Of a stretch of DNA of 64,000 nucleotides, positions 59,290-64,000 are shown in pieces (positions within the stretch are counted from its first letter, which is position 1; every line of letters starts with the position of its first letter). The DNA comes from Candidatus Spongiisociaceae bacterium. GTDB lineage: Bacteria; Actinomycetota; Acidimicrobiia; Spongiisociales; Spongiisociaceae. A program made the translations under genes and the position numbers. The stretch spans positions 2,528,001-2,592,000 of the forward strand of contig CBDCOH010000002.1 in the NCBI GenBank assembly GCA_965219685.1. Direction: 5' to 3'. The notes under the pieces are model-generated. The model was given only the letters and a program-made list of their open reading frames with translations. It did no database searches and was not told the DNA's origin.

Positions 59290-60231
59290 TCATTTCGAGC
59301 GCCCTCGGATCTCGGCCAGCAACTGCTCGATCCGCTCCGAACGAGGGAAGGAAGATTGGGTTCCGGGCCGGGTAACGCTGTCAGCCGCACAGGCATTGCC
59401 GAGGCGAACCGCGTCGCGCTCTCCCAGACCCGTGGCGAGCCCGACCACGAAAGCGCCGACGAAGGCATCGCCGGCGCCGGTCGTGTCAACCGGATCCACC
59501 CTCGGCGCCGGAAGGCGCTCGACCCGGTCGAATCCGGCCGACACCAGCGCTGCCCCGTCTTCACCGAGCGTGACGACGAGGCGAGTGGCGGTCTCTTCCG
59601 CGAAGGCTGCGAGGGCACGGTCCGAGTCCGGAGACTCGCCGGTCAGCGTCTCGAACTCCACCTCGTTGGGAATCAGCCAATCGGTCAACTCCAGCAGGTC
59701 GCTCGATAGGGCGGCGGCGGGCGCCGGGTTCAGGACCGTGGTCGCCCCGGTCGTCCGAGCTGCTCGGAACCCGGCCGCGGTTACCTCCTGGGGTATCTCG
59801 AGCTGTCCGACAACCGCCGCTGCGTCCGGCGTCTGCCTGACCGATCGAGCAGCCTGATCACCGGTCAACTCGTGGTTGGCTCCGGGAATGATGATGATCC
59901 GGTTGCTTCCATCCGCCTCGACCCAGATCGGTGCCACCCCGCTGGCCCCCGCGACCCGATACACGTTGGCGGTATCTATACCGAACGCCGCGAAGTTCTC
60001 GAGTGTCATATCGCCGTAGGCATCGGTCCCCAGGCAATTGACCATGACGACCTCTGCCCCCAGCAGACGCGCCATCACCGCCTGGTTGGCCCCCTTCCCG
60101 CCGAACCCCATCTGGAATCGCTCCCCGACGAGGGTCTCCCCGGACTCCGGGAGTCTCGATGCGTAGGCGACCAGGTCGATCATGGTCGAACCGACTACCA
60201 CAACGGTGGGTGGCTTGGGATCCGTAGTCAT
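59290..60231 (-). CDS. rbsK: Ribokinase (PfkB family)
   Basis: GGKGANQA, NPAPA, PNEVE, VTLGEDG and DTTGAGDAF. Confidence 0.93.
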   Translation of the reverse strand: MTTDPKPPTVVVVGSTMIDLVAYASRLPESGETLVGERFQMGFGGKGANQAVMARLLGAEVVMVNCLGTDAYGDMTLENFAAFGIDTANVYRVAGASGVAPIWVEADGSNRIIIIPGANHELTGDQAARSVRQTPDAAAVVGQLEIPQEVTAAGFRAARTTGATTVLNPAPAAALSSDLLELTDWLIPNEVEFETLTGESPDSDRALAAFAEETATRLVVTLGEDGAALVSAGFDRVERLPAPRVDPVDTTGAGDAFVGAFVVGLATGLGERDAVRLGNACAADSVTRPGTQSSFPRSERIEQLLAEIRGRSK

Positions 60232-60285
60232 GGAGCCTCCTCGCTGGCTGTCTACCCGATTTCGCAGAACGAATCCGGATTCGGG

Positions 60286-60336
60286 TTGACGCTTTCACAT
60301 CATATGCTATACAGTTTCTGAAAACGTTGTCAGAAA
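60286..60336 (+). promoter_or_regulatory. Sigma70-type promoter and LacI-family operator
   Basis: TTGACG-16 nt-TATACA (preceded by TG), directly followed by the palindrome TTTCTGAAAAC|GTTGTCAGAAA (10 of 11 pairs, central CG). Confidence 0.75.
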
Positions 60337-60394
60337 AGGTCGTGCACCTGAACTGGGCCCAGGAGTTCTCCAGGTCGAAGAGGAGCCGGTTGGA

Positions 60395-61435
60395 TTGAGA
60401 GCTGCGACCATCGCAGATGTAGCCGGGGAGGCGGGAGTTTCCGTTTCGACCGTGTCGCGTCACCTACGAGGTGACCGGGTGCTCGCGGCCGAACGCATCG
60501 ACCGCGCCATCGCCCACCTTCGTTACCGGCCGAGCCCCGCCGCGCAGTCGCTCAAGTCGGGAAAGACCGGCGCGATCGCACTCGTGGTACCAGACGTTGC
60601 CAACCCGTTCTTCGCGGCGGTTGTCCGTGGGGCGGAGAGCATTACCGCCCAGGGTGGCCACACCATTTTTCTGGCCAACACGGACGAGAACGACGACCGG
60701 GAGGCGGAAGTGGTCGAAGACCTGCTCACCCGGGTCGACGGCATGCTCCTCGCTCCGGCCAGCGAGAACAACCCGACCCCGCAACGGTTGGCGGATGCCG
60801 GCGTGCCGACCGTCCTCATCGATCGCGAGGCACCGTCCACCAGCGGTTTCGATGCGGTGCTGGTCGACAACTACGGAGGAGCTCGGTCCGCTGTGGAACA
60901 TCTGGTGGCGAACGGTCATGAACGGATTGCGACCATCGCCGGATCCGTCGACTCGACCCCCGGCCGTCTCCGTCTCGAGGGGTACCGGGCGACGCTGGCC
61001 GCCGAAGCGATCGAACCTCCGCCCGACTTCGTGCAGTTGGGGGGATTCATGGAGCATGGTGGCTACCAGTCGATGATGCGGTTGCTGGCGCTTCCCGACC
61101 CACCAACCGCAGTTTTCGTAGCCAACAACCTGATGACGATCGGTGCCTTGAGAGCCGTCAAGGACATCGGGGTACGGATACCCGACGATCTCTCGGTTAT
61201 CGGTTTCGACGACCACCCGTTCTCCGAGATCCTCGATCCTCCTCTCACCGTCATCGACCGTCCGATGGAGCAGCAAGGTGCCCTGGCCATGAGGATGCTG
61301 CTGTCCAGGATGGACGAGGCCTCGGTCCGGATGCCGAGGCGTGTCGTCCTCGACACGTCATTGATAGAAAGAGGGTCCTGCGGGCCCCCGCGGAGTGCAC
61401 CGATGGGCACTGGCGCCAGGGCCGGCGACGTTTGA
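60395..61435 (+). CDS. LacI-family transcriptional regulator
   Basis: ATIADVAGEAGVSVSTVSR, YRPSPAAQSL, NPFF and IPDDLSVIGFDD. Confidence 0.95.
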   Translation: MRAATIADVAGEAGVSVSTVSRHLRGDRVLAAERIDRAIAHLRYRPSPAAQSLKSGKTGAIALVVPDVANPFFAAVVRGAESITAQGGHTIFLANTDENDDREAEVVEDLLTRVDGMLLAPASENNPTPQRLADAGVPTVLIDREAPSTSGFDAVLVDNYGGARSAVEHLVANGHERIATIAGSVDSTPGRLRLEGYRATLAAEAIEPPPDFVQLGGFMEHGGYQSMMRLLALPDPPTAVFVANNLMTIGALRAVKDIGVRIPDDLSVIGFDDHPFSEILDPPLTVIDRPMEQQGALAMRMLLSRMDEASVRMPRRVVLDTSLIERGSCGPPRSAPMGTGARAGDV

Positions 61436-61452
61436 AATGTCAACCCGGGTAG

Positions 61453-61493
61453 CTGCAACCGATCCGACCCCGCCGGGGACGGTCGGTATGCAG
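61453..61493 (+). other. Intergenic hairpin between LacI and BMP genes
   Basis: CTGCA-ACCGA-CCG-CCCC / GGGG-CGG-TCGGT-TGCAG, with no U tail. Confidence 0.5.
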
Positions 61494-61528
61494 ACGAAGA
61501 AAGTCAACAATCGAGTTAAGGAGAGAGA

Positions 61529-62623
61529 ATGCGAGGAAAACGCACAGTACTTCTAGCCCTCCCGGCCCTCCTTGCCCTGGTTATGGCCACGGCATGCGGT
61601 GGGGAGTCGGAGGAGACCACCACCACGGCTGCCGCGCCTGCCACGACCGCGGCGGCCGAAACGACGACAACAACCGAGGCGGCACCCGAGGCCAGCCTCA
61701 AGGTCGCTGTCGCCTATGACCTGGCCGGCAGAGGGGACGGCGGATTCAACGATCTCGCCTACAACGGCGCCGAGCAGGCCGCGGCCGAACTCGGACTCGA
61801 GCTGACCGAGGTCACCGCGAAGGCGGAGGACACCGACCAGGATCGTTCCGATCGTCTGAGGCTGCTGGCGGATTCGGGTCACAATCCGATCATCGCGGTC
61901 GGGTTCACGTACGCTGGTCCGGTCGCCGAAGTTGCAGCCGAGTACCCCGACGTGTGGTTCGGAATCGTCGACGACGCCACGGTGGAGGCACCCAACGTCG
62001 CCGGTCTGGTGTTCGCCGAGGAGGAGGGTTCCTTCCTCGTCGGAGTGGTGGCCGCGCTCGAGAGCGAGACCGGCCATGTGGGATTCATCGGCGGTGTGAA
62101 CGTTCCGCTGATCGTCAAGTTCGAAGCCGGTTACATCGCGGGTGCGAAGACCGTGAACCCCGACATCGAGATCACATCCACATACCTCAGCCAGCCCCCG
62201 GACTTCTCCGGATTCAACGATCCGGCCAAGGGCAAGGAGGCGGCCAAGGGAATGTTCGATGCCGGTGCCGACATCGTGTACGCAGCCGCCGGTGGATCCG
62301 GCGGGGGACTCTTCGAAGCGGCCACAGAAGGCGGGTACCTGGCCATCGGTGTGGATGCCGACCAGTACCACACGGCTGCGCCCGAGGTACGCGACGTCAT
62401 CATGACCTCGATGCTGAAGAACGTGAACGTGGCCACCCACACCTTCGTCACGCAGGTGGCGGCCGGGTCCGCCCAGGCAGGGCTCAACCTGTTCGATCTC
62501 GAAGCGGGAGGCGTCGGCTATTCGACCTCGGGTGGTCTGATCGACCACATCGTCGACGAAGTAGATGCCTACGCGGCGCAGATCATCTCCGGCGAGATTA
62601 CGGTTCCTTCCACGACAGGCTAG
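61529..62623 (+). CDS. BMP-family (nucleoside-binding) ABC substrate-binding lipoprotein
   Basis: Lipobox ATAC; GRGDGGFND, FAEEEGSFLVG, AAAGGSG and IGVDADQ...SMLK. Confidence 0.93.
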   Translation: MRGKRTVLLALPALLALVMATACGGESEETTTTAAAPATTAAAETTTTTEAAPEASLKVAVAYDLAGRGDGGFNDLAYNGAEQAAAELGLELTEVTAKAEDTDQDRSDRLRLLADSGHNPIIAVGFTYAGPVAEVAAEYPDVWFGIVDDATVEAPNVAGLVFAEEEGSFLVGVVAALESETGHVGFIGGVNVPLIVKFEAGYIAGAKTVNPDIEITSTYLSQPPDFSGFNDPAKGKEAAKGMFDAGADIVYAAAGGSGGGLFEAATEGGYLAIGVDADQYHTAAPEVRDVIMTSMLKNVNVATHTFVTQVAAGSAQAGLNLFDLEAGGVGYSTSGGLIDHIVDEVDAYAAQIISGEITVPSTTG

Positions 62624-62629
62624 GAGTCG

Positions 62630-64000
62630 ATGCCCGCCCCGGCCATCGAGCTACGAGGAATCACAAAGAGATACCCGGGAGTCGTCGCCAACCGGGACGT
62701 GAACCTCCGTGTCGAGTCCGGTACCGCGCACGCGGTGATCGGCGAGAACGGGGCGGGCAAGTCGACCCTGATGAACATTCTGTACGGGATGGTTGTGCCC
62801 GATGAAGGAGAGATCCTCGTCGAAGGCACACCCATCCCGATGTCGTCGCCGGCCGATGCCATCGCCGCGGGGATCGGAATGGTGCACCAGCACTTCAAGC
62901 TGGCTGACAACCTGACCGTTCTCGAGAACGTGATCCTGGGCGACGAGCCGACCGGACGCGCCGGCCGGATCGATTTCGAGACCGCGCGGGCCCGGATCGT
63001 GGAGTTGGGGGATCACTACCGGATCCCCATCGAGCCGGACGCCCTGGTCGCCGACCTATCCGTCGGGAACCGGCAGCGGGTCGAGATCATAAAGGTCCTC
63101 TACCGCGGCGCGCGGGTGCTGATCCTGGACGAACCCACGTCGGTGCTGGTCCCCCAAGAGGTGGACGAGCTGCTCAAGAACCTGCGGAGGCTGACCGGCG
63201 ACGGCCTGACCGTGATCTTCATCTCCCACAAGCTCGACGAGGTTCTGGCGGTCGCCGACGAGATCACGGTGATGCGGAACGCGAGGACCGTGGCCCACAC
63301 CAGACCGGCGGAGATCACGTCCAGGGAGCTGGCGCAGCTCATGGTCGGCAGCGAGCTACCGACACCCGAGCCGAGGACCGTCGAGGTGCGTCCGGAGGTC
63401 GGGCTCAGGCTCGAGTCCGTGTCCACGCGGGGTAGCGGTCACGAGACCAGCCTCTCGGACATCGACCTCACCGTCCGGTCCGGCGAGATCGTGGGTATCG
63501 CCGGTGTGGAGGGAAACGGCCAGTCCGAGCTCATCGAGACCATTCTCGGGCTGACCAGTCCCGTTGCCGGCCGCGTGCTGTTCGGCAGCGAGGACGTCAC
63601 GGAGGCGGCCACCAGCGTCCGGCGTCGCCTGGGACTCGCCTACATTCCCCAGGATCGTCACCGCGAGGCTCTGTTGCTGGACGCGGCCCTGTGGGAGAAC
63701 CGCATCCTCGGCCACCAGATGCATCCGCCGATCAATCGCGGGGTGTGGATCGATCGCAAGGCGGCCCGCGCGGATACGGAGAGGATCGTCGCCGACTCGG
63801 ACGTGCGCACTCCCAGCATCGAGGTGCTGGCCTCGGCGCTCTCCGGCGGCAACCAGCAGAAGCTGATCGTCGGCCGCGAAATGGCCGGGGATCCCCGGGT
63901 GCTCATCGCGGCCCATCCGACCCGTGGAGTGGACGTGGGCGCCCAGGCAGCGATCTGGACGCGGTTGTCGGCGGTCAGGCGGGCCGGAGTAGCCGTATTG
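62630..64000 (+). CDS. Tandem-domain nucleoside/sugar ABC transporter ATP-binding protein (runs off window end)
   Basis: GENGAGKST, GIGMVHQHF, LSVGNRQRVEI, ILDEPT, GVEGNGQ, LSGGNQQK and HPTRGVDVGA. Confidence 0.93.
   Translation, partial: MPAPAIELRGITKRYPGVVANRDVNLRVESGTAHAVIGENGAGKSTLMNILYGMVVPDEGEILVEGTPIPMSSPADAIAAGIGMVHQHFKLADNLTVLENVILGDEPTGRAGRIDFETARARIVELGDHYRIPIEPDALVADLSVGNRQRVEIIKVLYRGARVLILDEPTSVLVPQEVDELLKNLRRLTGDGLTVIFISHKLDEVLAVADEITVMRNARTVAHTRPAEITSRELAQLMVGSELPTPEPRTVEVRPEVGLRLESVSTRGSGHETSLSDIDLTVRSGEIVGIAGVEGNGQSELIETILGLTSPVAGRVLFGSEDVTEAATSVRRRLGLAYIPQDRHREALLLDAALWENRILGHQMHPPINRGVWIDRKAARADTERIVADSDVRTPSIEVLASALSGGNQQKLIVGREMAGDPRVLIAAHPTRGVDVGAQAAIWTRLSAVRRAGVAVL

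Overview
High-GC bacterial chromosomal window, most consistent with an Actinomycetota (probably Acidimicrobiia) genome. This is inferred from clpS-DUF2017, a DUF222-HNH gene, many lipoproteins and frequent leaderless starts. In order, it contains: (1) an AT-richer signalling block (PP2C/SpoIIE end, RsbW-like kinase, solute-binding lipoprotein, HAMP histidine kinase); (2) DsbA-like protein, aat, and a MocR regulator divergent from a class III aminotransferase-ald-GcvT/DMGDH amine catabolic operon; (3) a DUF222-HNH gene and a Rieske oxygenase/reductase pair; (4) a HutI-like amidohydrolase fused to a ClpX-type C4 zinc finger; (5) a caa3-type cytochrome c oxidase operon flanked by His-rich and thioredoxin-like accessory genes; (6) an FtsH-like protease and a PDZ-fused, catalytically degenerate 5'-nucleotidase; (7) a selenocysteine-containing SelD with a SECIS-like hairpin, greA, a Fic pseudogene, mgtE, a PhyH dioxygenase, nadE, tyrA and aroF; (8) a form-II cox (xanthine dehydrogenase family) cluster interrupted by a frameshifted hicAB; (9) clpS, an Sm-like small protein, and a ribokinase/LacI/BMP-ABC nucleoside uptake locus. 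The main unexplained non-coding signal is a set of at least six different heptamer tandem arrays lying at or next to stop codons with consistent strand polarity. I recognised no rRNA, tRNA or CRISPR array. All calls come from motif reading only; no database search was run.
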